This document shows, piece by piece, positions 37,212-50,416 of a DNA stretch of 64,000 nucleotides. Within the stretch, counting starts at the first letter, position 1. Each line of letters starts with the position of its first letter. Both the position numbers and the translations under genes were made by a program. The stretch is from Podarcis erhardii (Eukaryota): the NCBI GenBank assembly GCA_964252035.1, contig OZ176201.1; one strand, written 5' to 3'. Under the pieces are notes generated by a model. That model saw only the letters and a list, made by a program, of their open reading frames with translations. It was not told where the DNA came from and did no database searches.

Positions 37212-39242
37212 ACACATGCATGTACACATTCATACACACTTATACATGCAATCCCACGAGGAACTGAGAATTCGTTCGGTGTGTTGGGCCAGTGGGCTGA
37301 TGACCCATTTTGGCATGATATGGTAATCGCAGCAGGGACAATGGCCGGCTCTTTCCTGCCTTACGTGTCTCTCCAGCAGGTATCAAAAGCTTTGGGTCTA
37401 ATAAACCCTGCATTTTTTTCTCCCTGCCTCCCAAGCTTCTTGCCTATTAATGTCCAGCTCACGGAAGGGAAGGGCCTGGGGACCTGGCCTAGCTGAAGCT
37501 TTACAGCTTCTTCCAACCTGGCAATTTGTGGCCTGAGTTGTTACCAAAATAAAAAAAGCTTGTTCTATTACGAGGGCAGAAAGTAGCCATTGTGCAAGGC
37601 AGGGCTTTCAATTATGAGGGACCTATATTTAGCTCTGTGTGGCCCTGCCTGCTGGAAGCAGATAGACCGTAGTTGCACCTTAGACAGGGTGTGGAGAAAA
37701 TAGATAGATCCCCTCTGCCCCCCCGCCCCCCGGCTGCCTCCCTTTCCCGTAAGAACTCAGGGTCACCTTGTGAGACTTGAAAACAGCTTGCTCTACATTA
37801 TGGATGCTTCCCTGCAAGGCACAACACAGCTGCTGGCAGAAGTGGCTGGGGATTATGGAACCTGCTGTCAGAGGTTGGGTGTGCTCTCTGTGCCCCTAGA
37901 ACCTGTCGCAGAATCCTCTGCGGTGCGCAGGGCTTCCTGGTCAGGCAAGCCAGTGTGGAAAAGGGTTCCCTGAAGGAGAGAAGTCTGAACATGAAAGGCC
38001 TCATAGTATGAGTTGCCTGTCGCATGATGCCGGGCTGGCCCAAGGCCTCAGCTGACAGTACATTTTGCTCAGTTCAGTCCCTTTGGGTATTTAAATGCCA
38101 CTGGCAGCAGAAGCCTGCGAGGGAGGGTTTTAAAGGCTAGAGGAAGTGGGAACAGTGTACTTGCCCTCGAGTACAGCAACAACCTGGTATGGAGAGCTTG
38201 GAGGTGATGGCAAGGCGTATAGTCATAGCAAACTAACATGGATAGAGAACTTAATTATGTGAGGGTTAGTTCTTATATCGCCTGACACAGTGACACCATC
38301 CACCAATAAAGGGCTTGTGGAAACCCACAGTTTGCAGAAGTACAAAGGGGGGGGGAGGAGCCAAAATTGAAGGGGATTCTAAGCAGACCTAAAGGGACTG
38401 AGAATGCTTAGTGGCCACAGAATGCTGACCGTGTTATGCAGGGGTAGAGAGATGGAAAACCAAGTTGGAATTGAATGGATTATCTTGGAAAGCTGAGTAA
38501 GAGCACTCCACACTACAACATTTCGTTGCAGCCCCCACTTGTCTTTCCAGAGTTAACAAGTGATTTGTTTCTCAAAATTGGTCTGGGAATCATACTACTT
38601 GATCCAGAAGTTCCTCTTCCAGGTATATGTGAGATGGTATTTCATTCTGTTTTTAAGTGGCGAAGGAAATGCATTTAGCACATGCTCAAATTAACCCATC
38701 CCACCGCCTGCTTTTTAACTTTTTTTTTTACTACATATGTAGAGCTGCACATAGGCTGTGAAAGGTTCCAGGAACAACTATAAGTGAAGCCTAGCAAAAA
38801 TTAAGCATTATATTTACCCAGCACTGTTTCTGTCCTTTTATCATTCTCCTTTCCAGGCAGCCACTGAATTGATCATAAATTCAGATCTAGCTAGCCATTC
38901 TGATAGGCTGGGGAAGGCGTAACTATTCTCCGTTTAGCTACAGATTTTAACTATAGATTGTCAGTCTGTTGGCCTGGAAGTGCTATTTTTTCTGTGGTGC
39001 CCAGTAATTTTAGATGATTAATAAATAATCAACAAAGGTTCTCCATCACCTTCCTTCCCAGGGACTCACAAAATGTCTCTGGCCACATAGGGCAAAAGTT
39101 GTGATTGAGGAATGGCAGAGGAGACGGCTGCATGGCTGTTTGAATTCCCCTGGAAGTTCATGCACTTTAAGCAACTGATGGACCTGCTTTGGAGTGTATA
39201 TAGTCATTTTTGCTCAGTTAACCTGGAGTATAGCCCACAAGA

Positions 39243-39559
39243 GGGATGCTGGTGGCGCTGTGGGTTAAACCTCAGAGCCTAGGGCTTGCCGATCAGAAGG
39301 TTAGCAGTTCGAATCCCCGTGACAGGGTGAGCTCCCGTTGCTCAGTCCCTGCTCCTGCCAACCTAGCAGTTCGAAAGCACGGCAAAGTGCAAGTAGATAA
39401 ATAGGTACCGCTCCAGCGGGAAGGTAAACGGCGTTTCCGTACGCTGCTCTGGTTCGCCAGAAGTGGCTTAGTCATGCTGGCCACATGACCCGGAAGCTGT
39501 ACGCCAGCTCCCTCGGCCAATAAAAGCGAGATGAGCACCGCAACCCCAGAGTTGGTCAC
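39243..39559 (+). mobile_element. Sauria SINE lacking its 3' tail
   Basis: Head and body are intact; similarity ends at agagttggtcac. Confidence 0.88.
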
Positions 39560-39699
39560 AAGCAGAACCTTTCATGGCTAGTACTGGTGTGGTTGCCAGC
39601 CAACTGGTTTTAACCAGGTCTGAGCATGTTGTCCAAACTACAGGAGAGAGAAATTCTCATGTGCACAAAGATATAATGCCAAAAAATCACTTAGTCACA

Positions 39700-40756
39700 T
39701 AGAATCATAGAATCATAGAGTTGGAAGAGACCACAAGTGCCATCGAGTCCAACCCCCTGCCAAGCAGGAAACACCATCAGAGCACTCCTGACATATGGTT
39801 GTCAAGCCTCTGCTTAAAGACCTCCAAAGAAGGAGACTCCACCACACTCCTTGGCAGCAAATTCCACTGTCGAACAGCTCTTACTGTCAGGAAGTTCTTC
39901 TCCCTCTTAACAAACTCCCAGCCATCATGAACTCCCTTTCCTTTTAGTATTACTGTCCATGGGATCTCACCCAGCACTTCCCTAAGTTTTATGAAGTCGG
40001 CTTTCTTAAAGTCAAGAAATTGAGTCCTACTATGCCTGGCTGCTCCTTTCCGCTGTATAGTAAACTTCAGAAGAGCATAATCACTTGCGCCTAATGATCC
40101 TTCCACTTCTACCCCACTAACCAGGTCATCAACATTGGTTAGGACCAGATCTAAAATGGCTGTTCCTCTTGTTGCTTCTCACACTTTCTGGACAATGAAG
40201 TTGTCTGCAAGGCCAGTGAGGAATCTGTTTGACCTTATGCTCTTGGCTGAGTTTGACATCCAACAAATATCCGGGTAATTGAAGTCCCCCATTACTACTA
40301 TCTCCCTTCCTTTTGCATGCTTGGCCATCTGTTCCAGGAAGGCATCATCTATGTCCTCCGTTTGGCTTGAGCATCTATAGTAAACTCCCGCAATGAGGTC
40401 ACTGTTATTCTTCTCTCCCTTAATTTTGACCCAAATGCTCTCACTTTGGCTTTGAGGTTCTAAATCTTGGATCTCTTCACAGGTATGCACATCCCTGACA
40501 TATAACGCCACTCCTCCTTTCTTGTCTGGTCTGTTTCTCTGAAATAGATTGTATCCCTCCATTATTACATTCCAATCATGGGACTTATCCCACCAGGTTT
40601 CAGTGATGCCTATTATGTCATATTTAGTTTGCTGTACCAAGAGCTCAAACTCATCTTGTTTATTTCCCATGCTTTGCGCATTAGTGTACAGACATTGAAG
40701 TCCATTAATCATTCCCCCGTGTCTCTTATTTAAGGATTTTTTCCTCCCACCACTAG
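39700..40756 (-). mobile_element. CR1 LINE: endonuclease region joined directly to the ORF2 end and 3' UTR (RT deleted)
   Basis: APE domain ([15 protein letters not shown]...GITETWW...[11 protein letters not shown]) at 40179-40712. Junction at 39900/39901 to KNFLTVRAVRQWNLLPRSVVESPSLEVFKQRLD. (ATTCTATG)n tail and possible TSD gtcaca. Confidence 0.9.
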
Positions 40757-41676
40757 GTCACAGAGCAGAAAGAGCTCAAAGTGCTATGTTTTGTAGTGCC
40801 TCTGATGGAAGATTTTAACTGCAACATGTTCAGCTGAATAAAATTATTTCATGCCCCTTGGGGGACTCCTTCTCCTTTTGCTCCTCTATCGGTGCCTTCT
40901 TTCCCTTGTTCCTGAGCAAGATGTTGACCTCTAGATATGTTTCCTGTTTCTTTCCTTTCCCTTTGCTTGAGTTTTTGGCAATGGGCTATTTTATAAATGA
41001 ACGAACATGTGTAAATGAGCCGTTTTCCCCACTTTATACGAGATGGTGGCAACCGCAGATATTGTCTGTGGAAGTGGTGTCTCTGCTTGAGCCCTTCTGC
41101 TGCATGGTATGGTATTCAGGAAGGAGTGAAAGATGAAGAAGCCATTGACTTGGAAGGAATCCAAAATTACAGCAGTGTACACATTTAAAGCACATCCTGT
41201 CCCGCAAGAATTCTGGGAAGTGTAGTTTGTTAATGCTGTGATTTGTAGCTCTGTGTGTGGTAAACCCCAGTTCCCAGGATTATTTCAGGGGTGTGTGATT
41301 TCAGTGCACGGGGTGTACACAGCCTACATGTGTAGACCCTGGATGTTTTGGCCCTCACCATGCTGTAGCGTTGTCAACAGAGGTAGTACAACGAAGCTCC
41401 TGATATCACTGGAAGGAATTGACAGGGAAGGCACTCTTCTTAAGTGGCAGCAGTACAACAACAACAACAGGTATTAAGGCAATGTGTCCCTGTGTTAGAA
41501 TGAAGCAGACACTCTGAAATTAATGCAGAGTGCTTCTGATGTGTTTTGAGATTAAAGTTGGCAGCTCTGTGGGGGTGATTTGAACTTCTTACTACAATAT
41601 TTCATGTCACTTGGCTACACAAGCTTATTCTGCAGTAAGTCACTGTGCTTATTTTGCATTTATTTAAGATCAAATA

Positions 41677-41918
41677 CAGTGGTACCTTGGGTTAAGTACT
41701 TAATTCGTTTCGGAGGCCCGTTCTTAACCTGAAACTGTTCTTAACCTGAAGTACCACTTTAGCTAATGGGGCCTCCTGCTGCCGCCGCGCCGTCAGAGCA
41801 CGATTTCTGTTCCCATCTTGAAGCAAAGTTCTTAACCCGAGGTAATATTTCTGGGTTAGCGGAGTCTGTAAACTGAAGCGTATGAAACCTGAAGCGTATG
41901 TAACCCGAGGTACCACTG
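41677..41918 (+). mobile_element. pogo/Tigger-like MITE
   Basis: TIRs and TA TSD. Confidence 0.9.
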
Positions 41919-43151
41919 TAAATGACCTTGAGAGACAGGGCATGGCCTGAGGAGAGGCCTGAGGAACAGGCAGAAGGCCACATATGCTCCTGAGCCTGAA
42001 GTTCCCCATCCATTGAAGTTCTCCATTTCATTGCCGTTGAACTCCAACTTCTACATTTTCCGCCTTTACACAAGTGTGGGGAACATTTGTCCCTCCAGAT
42101 GTTGCTGAACTGCGACTCCCATCATCCCTAGCCAACAACTTTTGGAGCGTCTTGGCAACCCTAGATGCACATGTGTGGACATCTAGAGCCAACCTAGTTG
42201 TTATGTTGTGTTAAAGAAGGAAGTGTATCTCTAAGCCTTTTCTCAACACAAATTCTTCAGGGGCACAGACCCCCATATTGTGTCCATATGTTTCCCCTTC
42301 TGTGAGTATCAGCAGCTCCAGGAGGGAGGGAGATTTGGATTGGGGAAACAGCGTTAAACCCACCGTCCCCACTGCCATGACTCTGATCCACATTGCAGGA
42401 GTCCCTCAACAGACAATCTGATGTGCGATGTGCTCCCTGCAGGCAGAAAGTTTGAACACTGTTGCTCTAGAGCGAGGAAGTTGTCTTGGGTTTCCACGTT
42501 TATTTACGTGCCACAGGCAAACCTTGTCCTCATTTCAGCCCCTGGCATGAGAGGTAGCCTGGGGCAGGCGGACCAGGAAGACCAGAAACTGGAAATGGTA
42601 GCTAAGCGTTCCTTACAAGGCTGGCAGATCTGGAAGGAGAGATAAGAATGGGTTCCTTTCCTCTGGTTGATGGGATGGGGGCGGGGTACAACGCCAAGGC
42701 TCTGCCCAAATCAACTTTTAAAAGTGCGCGCGCACAAACACACACGTACGTGCACATGGAAGGCTGGGGGAGGAGTAAAAAAGAAGAAGAAGAGGGAATG
42801 GGGTGTAATTTTAGCTCCTTGAAAGCTGATCTAGTTCAGGAAGAGCTAAAAGGAGGAGAACAGGAGGTAAACAAATGAGGTTGTATGTGGCAGGCGGATG
42901 GTGGGGGGACACTCAGTCCAGCTGGCTTGAGTTAACATGCGCTTTCATTGTCTGGGCCTTTTGGAGGTGAAGTTACAGCTCTAGAGTTCGAGCCAAGCAA
43001 CACGTGGGGTGTGTGGGGGTGGGCTGGGTGGGGAGAAGTTGAGCTTCTGATGAGATTTTGTGCGCTTGCCCTGAGCACATGTGCAAAAGGGGTTGATGAG
43101 TATTTTCCTCCTGCCTCCTGGTTTCTTGTTTTTTGTACTCTGATCTGAATA

Positions 43152-43377
43152 CAGTGGTACCTCGGGTTAAGTACGTAATTCGTTCCGGAGGTCCGTTCTT
43201 AACCTGAAACTGTTCTTAACCTGAAACACCACTTTAGCTAATGGGGCCTCCTGCTGCTGCTGCGCCGCCGGAGCATGATTTCTGTTCTCATCCTGAAGCA
43301 AAGTTCTTAACCCGAGGTACTATTTCTGGGTTAGCGGAGTCTGTAACCTGAAGCGTATGTAACCCGAGGTACCACTG
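43152..43377 (+). mobile_element. pogo/Tigger-like MITE
   Basis: cagtggtacctcgggtta / taacccgaggtaccactg with TA TSD. Confidence 0.92.
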
Positions 43378-44268
43378 TACAAGTCCAGAACTTGGTATAC
43401 TCTGTGTCCAAAATTTGGTATCTGCCCTAGAATCCAGAGGCCCTCCATTCCTCCAAGATTCTAGCCCTTGTGGTTGGTGAAGCAGGCTTGAGACCTTAAA
43501 AGAGCCTTCGCAACCAGGAATAGGAGCAAACGTTCTGTTAGCTAGCCTGTGCCCCTCCTCATCCTTTTTCTTGCAAGAAGAATTTAAGTGAAAATTACAT
43601 TTTCAGACTTCATTCCAGGTGCAGAATTTGGCATAGATTTTGTTTTTAGAAAAGCAAAAAACACAGAGCATTCTTGAGCCTCCCATGGGAGACTGGTAGC
43701 TTTGTCGACCAATAGCCTTCGGAGGGGTTGCTAGTCATCCAGGGATCATTTACTTACCTTATTTACTTAGTCTCTTTGACAGCACACACAGATTCACACT
43801 TGACGTCTCCCTGTTCTCTCCCTTCTTGTTCTGCCTTCTGTCTCCAGCAGCAACAGACTTTGCCACTTTACAAGGACATGGTGACTTGCAAAGTTCATGG
43901 CGGTGAACGTGTTTCCTAATAGTTTGGCATTGCGCACAGGAGAGTTGGGAGAGTTGCTGTGTAACGTGAAGACATTTGCCCCAGGAATCAACTTGGTACC
44001 ATGGCTTGCCTGGCTCCCATAGTTGTCTCTGTCATCCATATGGAGAAATGGTGGAGGGAGGGCGGAGTAGACCAGAGACTTCGATGCATGCGAACTGCGG
44101 AACTCAGCTGAGTGCATTCAGTCCCCCAGATAAGGATTGTGCAGATGTCATCTTAGCTAAAAGTTAGCAAATGAAGATGGGTAGGAGGGTTATTTCTGAG
44201 CTGTTGCCTTAATACTTTCAACCTGCCTGTTTTGTCAAATAAACCATGGTTCATCATGACACGTATAA

Positions 44269-45161
44269 TAAGGTTACCAGATTTTTTTCAAAGAATCCGG
44301 GGACACTTTTTTTTTTGAAAAGAGGAAAAAAAGTTATTTTTTTTTTTAACTATTAAGTAATATCTTCTTTTCTGTGGTCTCTGTTGCATGGCCTTCCCCT
44401 GGGCCCTGGCCTGCTCTCTTGGAGCGCTAGCCGCCATGGAGAAGGCTTGGGTCTGGCCTGGGCTTAACCACGTGTCCTTGCCCGCCCAGTGCTCTCCTAC
44501 CTCTCCTCAGCAGCAGTACAGCAATGTCGGGGCTCCCCTCTTTTTTCTCCTTCCTCTTTCTCTCTTGTCCTTCTCCTTCTCCTCTCCTCCTTCTCCCTGT
44601 GTCTGCTCCAGGGTTTTTACTGGCCCCGGAGCGCCGCTGGGCAGTCGGCCGGGTGGCCAGACACTCTTACTCCCAGCTCAATTTGGGTCGCGGGGTGGTG
44701 GTCAGCGGTTCCCCCAGTTGATGCGCTGGGCATCCCTGGTTCCCCCTCAGCAGTGGCGGCGGTAGCGGCAGTCTCAGAAGCCCGGAGCCAGCCTGGTAGC
44801 GCACTTGGGTCTGGCTGGCTTCAGGAGCTGCTCGCTGCCGTGGCATCCGCCATTTTGCCCCACCGAAAGTCCCCATATGCATAGCTGTCAACATTGCCCT
44901 TTTTTAAAGGGAAATTCCCTTATTCCGAATAGGATTCTTCGTAAGAAAAGGGAAAAGTTGACAGCTATGCATATGATGTGTCTTTTGCCGTTGAACTAAT
45001 CACGCAACATTCATTCCCTACTAATAAATCTACAACACGTAAAATAAAAATCTGGGAACATTAAATGAAATCCGGGGACATTCCAGGGACGGATTTTGCC
45101 TGGGGACAGATTTGTAAATCTGGGGACTGTCCCAGGGAAACGGGGATGTCTGGTAACCATA
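44269..45161. mobile_element. Non-autonomous hAT (Tip100-like) element, ~890 bp
   Basis: TIRs taaggttaccaga / tctggtaaccata, subterminal ccggggaca repeats, 8-bp TSD acgtataa/acatataa (7/8). Confidence 0.82.
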
Positions 45162-45260
45162 ACATATAAGCTGCAACAAGCCAAGGGCTCACACCTTCCC
45201 TTCTGCCCACCTGACTAAGAAGAGGACTCTGGAAGCATTTCGTTTCAGTTTCCCTTAGAC

Positions 45261-45519
45261 CATGGGTAGGCAACCTAAGGCGGGGGGGGGGGCAGATGTG
45301 GCCCAGTCACCTTCTCAATCTGGCCCATGGAGGGTTCAGGAATCAGCGGGTTTTTACATGAGTAGAATGTGTCCTTTTATTTAAAATGCATCTCTGGGTT
45401 ATTTGTGGGGCATAGGAATTTGTTCATTCCCCCCCCCAAAAAAAATAGTCCGGCCCCCCACCCACAAGGTCTGAGGGACAGTGGACCGGCCCCCTGCTGA
45501 AAATGTTTGCTGCCCCCTA
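45261..45519 (-). mobile_element. hAT (Charlie-like) MITE, third copy
   Basis: Reverse orientation relative to 5942 and 32033, 8-bp TSD ccttagac. Confidence 0.88.
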
Positions 45520-45743
45520 CCTTAGACTCTGCTTGTTGTTTCATCCAAACTGGGAGTTTTGATTTGCAGCAACTGTGTTTAGCTTAAGTTGACCATAGTT
45601 TGTGATAAACCACAATCCCCAGTGCAGATGAAATGACAAGCTGTGTTTAAGGGAAACGGATAGTAAAAACTGCCAAAGTGCTCCAAGCCATGCAGGACTC
45701 AGGAGGCAAGGCGAAGATAATCAGTGACTATATGACACTTTAA

Positions 45744-46096
45744 GGGATGCGGGTGACGCTGTGGGTTAAACCACAGAGCCTAGGGCTTACCGATCAGAAG
45801 GTTGGCGGTTCGAATCCCCGCGACGGGGTGAGCTCCTGTTGCTCGGTCCCAGCTCCTGCCAACCTAGCAGTTCAAAAGCATGTCAAAGTGCAAGTAGGCA
45901 AATAGACACCGCTCCGGCAGGAAGGTAAATGGCGTTTCCGTGCGCTGCTCTGGTTCACCAGAAGTGGCTTAGTCATGCTGGCCACATGACCTGGAAGCTG
46001 TACGCCGGCTCCCTCGGCCAGTAAAGCGAGATGAGCGCCGCAACCCCAGAATCGTCCGAGACTGGACCAAATGGTCAGGGGTCCCTTTACCTTTAC
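45744..46096 (+). mobile_element. Sauria SINE
   Basis: 15-bp TSD ctatatgacacttta at 45728-42 and 46097-111. Sits in an older repeat with a CR1-like 3' end (to ~46226). Confidence 0.92.
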
Positions 46097-46939
46097 CTAT
46101 ATGACACTTTATCACAGTCCATGGGTTTGATCCCCACATTGGCCAAAAGATCCCTGCATTGCTGGGTGGTGGACTAGATGATCCTGCTGGCCCCTTCCAT
46201 CTCTACAGTTTTATGATTTTATGATTCCATTAGCCCAAAGGGTCAAGCTGTTGTGGTAGCTGGTGCAAAGTTCTGGCTGAGATGGAAGTAATTTCTAGAC
46301 AACCTTTTTATTGAGCACCCAACCCATTTTGTTTGTACAAAATGTGTGAGGAGGTTGTACAGTGTTCATAAGATTTGTTTGTAGGGAGGCTATACAACAT
46401 CGTGTCAAACAGCTGTTATCTCACACTTTCAGTGTGTTTCCCCATCATTTTCCTTACTGCAAAATGTATGAGGGGCTTGTGGTTGTGGCCAAATCCTTGT
46501 TAATTAGGCATACTGAAATTGTCAATATGCAATTGAATCCCACCCACAAAATAGTGACCATGTGGAAGATTCAGTCATCATACTTTATTTGTATGCCACC
46601 ATCCCATAATTAAACCATGCTCAAGGCAGCAAAAAATTTACATAATTACAGAAATATAACAAAATTTAAGTAGTCATGAACAATAAATGAAACCAGTAAG
46701 TACACAGTTAAATTAAGCAGTCCTCACATAATTCACGATAAGATCTAACAATATAGATTTTAAAACACAATACCAGTAAAATGAAAAGTTAGCATCTCCA
46801 AAAGTAAATCCTGACACCCCCCCCCCCGAAAAAAAGCTTGTAAACAATACCCCGTCCCAATAGTCTCTAGGTTTCTTGAGCAGCCAGTCTTGCGGGACTC
46901 ATGTGTAAGATTTCACATGCCAGATTTCTCTACAATATA

Positions 46940-47168
46940 CAGTGGTACCTCGGGTTACATACGCTTCAGGTTACAGACTCCGCTAACCCAGAAATAGTAC
47001 CTCGGGTTAAGAACTTTGCTTCAGGATGAGAACAGAAATCATGCTCTGGCGACGTGGCAACAGCAGGAGGCCCCATTAGCTAAAGTGGTGCTTCAGGTTA
47101 ATAACAGTTTCAGGTTAAGAACGGACCTCTGGAACGAATTAGTAAGTACTTAACCCGACGTACCACTG
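46940..47168 (-). mobile_element. pogo/Tigger-like MITE
   Basis: TIRs and TA TSD. Confidence 0.9.
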
Positions 47169-47968
47169 TACAAATGTCTGGGAGAAAAGATTCTAATGGA
47201 GCCATCTCTTCCAGAAATAATGATGATACATACTACAAAGAACGTATTGTTGCACTAAGCATGACATTAACACATCAGCAAGGTGAGGAACATCTTGGTT
47301 CCATCCATTGACCAGACGACTGTTGGAATGCTGGAAGCCAAGACCCAAGTTTGGGGCAAGTACTCTTTGGTCAGAGAACCCCAGCAGAGATTTAACATCA
47401 CAAAACACACAGCAAAGGAAAGCGTGAAGATATACTGTAGGCTGTAAACCTTTTAAAAATGTGCCATTGCAGAGAGTCCCAAAATGTCCCCCTTTAAAAG
47501 CTCCATCCAAGCCATCCCACTTCCCTAGTGTGGAGCTAGACCATACGTTTGGTAAGTCATAAAATAGTTTACTTACAAAACACTTTAAAGGTCTGATTCA
47601 TGTGCTTTTCCATACAGCGTCAGATAAGATGCACGGGCAGTCAAAATGTTCCTTAGTTACAAAAGGTAAAAGTTTCTAAACTACTGGTGTAGAAAAACAC
47701 TAGTTTCAGACTGAAACAAAAGAGGCTGCTTAAAGCCATGCGGCTGACTGGAGCAACCAGCTTAGAGCTCCTTACATATTGAAATCCACATGGAACGAGA
47801 ACCTTACAAGGACCAAGAACTGTAACAAGATGCCTTCTTTCTCCTTTTTAGAAAGAACTCTGTTGTAACTGTCAGTTGTCCTGTGGATGCGGACAAAGGA
47901 AAGGACCGTGAGTTTGGCCAGTCATCACCAAGCATAGGCACATGGTGAAGGTGTTAGGAAAATTCAGT

Positions 47969-48078
47969 TTCTTTGGATTCTGCGCCTCTCACTTGCCCGC
48001 AATCTTGAAATTTTAATGTACAGTTTTACATTAAAATTTCAAGATTGCGGGCAAGTGAGAGGCGCAGAATCCAAAGAA
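47969..48078. repeat. Perfect 52-bp inverted repeat with a 6-nt loop
   Basis: 47969-48020 is the exact reverse complement of 48027-48078; loop cagttt. Confidence 0.95.
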
Positions 48079-48324
48079 GTATTATAAAGGACTAAGTAAA
48101 AATAGATTGTTAATGGATGAAAGGAGGGAAGGTAAAGTTACATTGTATCAGGATAAAAATTGGGAAGGATGGAAAGGATTTGTTGAAATAGCTAACCAAA
48201 CTAGAATACAAAAAAGGGAGGTGCGAGGAGGTCAAGGAAACAAGCAAATGAAAGATAAGCTATGGGAAGGTTCGTTGTGTTTTTTCTTCTTTTTTTGTTT
48301 TTTCTTTTTCTTTCTGGTTTGTTG

Positions 48325-50059
48325 GTGTGTTTTTTTATAATATTTATTGAACATTTTCAAATATAACAGAAAAAAAAGAAATAAAACATCCATTTTATAA
48401 CCTTATTTTCATTAGCATCTTGCCAGGACTTCCCCACCCCACCGCCTCTTGTATTCCAATTCCTTCAAATAGATTCAGCAAGTTCTTACCCCAAATTTTA
48501 AACTTATTATAGTTAACCCAATGTTAAGAATGTTTTTCCATCCCCTAAAATCGACCCCACTCCCTTCCACGAGTTTCCCTCTTTAATATGCAGAACAGAT
48601 TAAAATAAAAGAAAATAGAACAAAGAATAAAATATAATTTAACACCCTTTGGATTCCAAATTTCCCTCCCCCCTTTCCCGGTTGCGTTCCCCAATGTCCA
48701 TCCATGCCTGTTGTCATCCTGGAGATCCCACATCTAGGCCGAAATCCTTCACAAGTCCACTTTGCCGGCTTTTTAATAGTCTTTGCCGTCTTTTTGATCA
48801 TCTTTAGTTTCAAGCGTCCAATCTTGGAAAAGCTCTATCTCAAAAAGGTCCATTTTTTCCATCCAGATCTCTGTATTTAAGAGTAAAAACTCCAATTTTG
48901 TTTCTTTAGACCTTTCAAATCTGGATGTCCCAAATGTTCCCACTTCCAGCTTTGTCCAATTCTTGTTGTTCATGTTGTTCTTATTATTCTCTCTCCTCAC
49001 TTTCCTCTAGTTTCTTTTCCTGCTCTCCTGCAAAAATGTTCCAATTCCAAAAGCTTCTAAATCCCCTACAGAGGCTTTGTTATTCAGGAACAAAACTTTA
49101 CGTCAAGTCCCTTCCATTCTTCAATAGATAAATCTATTGTCTCCTTTAGTGTAGAGACCTCTGTAGACAAAATAGTGTTCCATTTCTGCAGTTTCCCAGG
49201 AGATAACAAGTCCAATTCAAATTCCATACCAGCAATACTTGTAGTGTCCCACAGCCCCTCTAGAGGGATTATAGTAACTCAGTTTCCTTCCAGATCGCAC
49301 CCAACAGTCAAAGTAACTTGTTATTCCTTGTTTTAAACAATTTATATCTAATTTGTAACAAATGTAACCGGCAAAGTCCTCATAACAAAGTTCTCTATTT
49401 ATTCTTCAGCTTTGACAGCTCCTTTGACAGCTGTCAAAGCCTCTGTTTCTCCTCTCCCGGCGCTCTCGTGGATCGCTCCCGGTTCCCGGGGGGGGGGGTT
49501 TGCATTTTAGCTCACGTTCTACTTTTCTCTTCCAGCCCAATCTTATAGTTTTCCATCGTGAAATTAGTGACTTTATCAAAATCAGGTAGCACTCGATCTT
49601 AGTTGTTAAATCCTTTGCTTTAAATCCTCTACGACAGGGGGGAGACTGACTTCCTTTTTGCACCTCCCCCGCTCGCTCCGAATTTAAATTTTTTTCCCTT
49701 TTTAAGTCCAGTTTCCAATTACTCACGGGTTGTTCTTTTTAATCCAAATTTTCAATGGAAGAAGTCAGCGCTCTCCACCAAATGGCATGCGGCTTCGCTC
49801 GGTAGGGGAAGCGGAGGACTCATAGCACCACACCCCCCCCCCCCCGGCACCCGCTCCGTAGCCTTTAAAAAGGCTCCTTCGCGGGTCGGGGGGCGCAAAC
49901 GGTGCCCGCCGAGTCACCATGCCCATGGGTTTCAGCGCCCATGGTTTTTGAGGGTCCCCGCGACGCCGACGCGGTAGAACCCAGCCCCTGCCGAGCAGGC
50001 TCCCTCCGGAGCTCGGAGGGAGTCCGCCATTCGGCGATGGCGCCAACCCGGAAGTCCTC
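48325..50059 (-). mobile_element. Apparently full-length, non-autonomous L1-type element (~1.73 kb)
   Basis: CpG-rich 5' end gaggacttccgggttggcgccatcgccgaatggcgg, A-rich 3' tail, 16-bp TSD tctttctggtttgttg at 48309-24 and 50060-75. No EN or RT coding recognisable. Confidence 0.7.
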
Positions 50060-50071
50060 TCTTTCTGGTTT

Positions 50072-50416
50072 GTTGTTGTTTAGTCATTTAGTCGTGTCTG
50101 ACTCTTCATGACCCCATGGACCAGAGCATGCCAGGCACTCCTGTCTTCCACTGCCTCCCGCAGTTTGGTCAGACTCATGTTTGTAGCTTTGAGAACACTG
50201 TCCCACCATCTCGTCCTCTGTCGTCCCCTTCTCCTTGTGCCTTCCATCTTTCCCAACATCAGGGTCTTTTCCAGGGAGTCTTCTCTTCTCATGAGGTGGC
50301 CAGAGTCTTGGAGCCTCAGCTTCAGGATCTGTCCTTCCAGTGAGCGCTCGGGGTTGATTTCCTTAAGAATGGATACGTTTGATCTTCTTGCAGTCCATGG
50401 GACTCTCAAGAGTCTC
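50072..50416 (-). mobile_element. BovB 3' end
   Basis: VPWTARRSNVSILKEINPERSLEGQILKLRLQ...SLEKTLMLGKMEGTRRRGRQRTRW, (CAA)n tail, TSD ctggttt. Confidence 0.92.
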
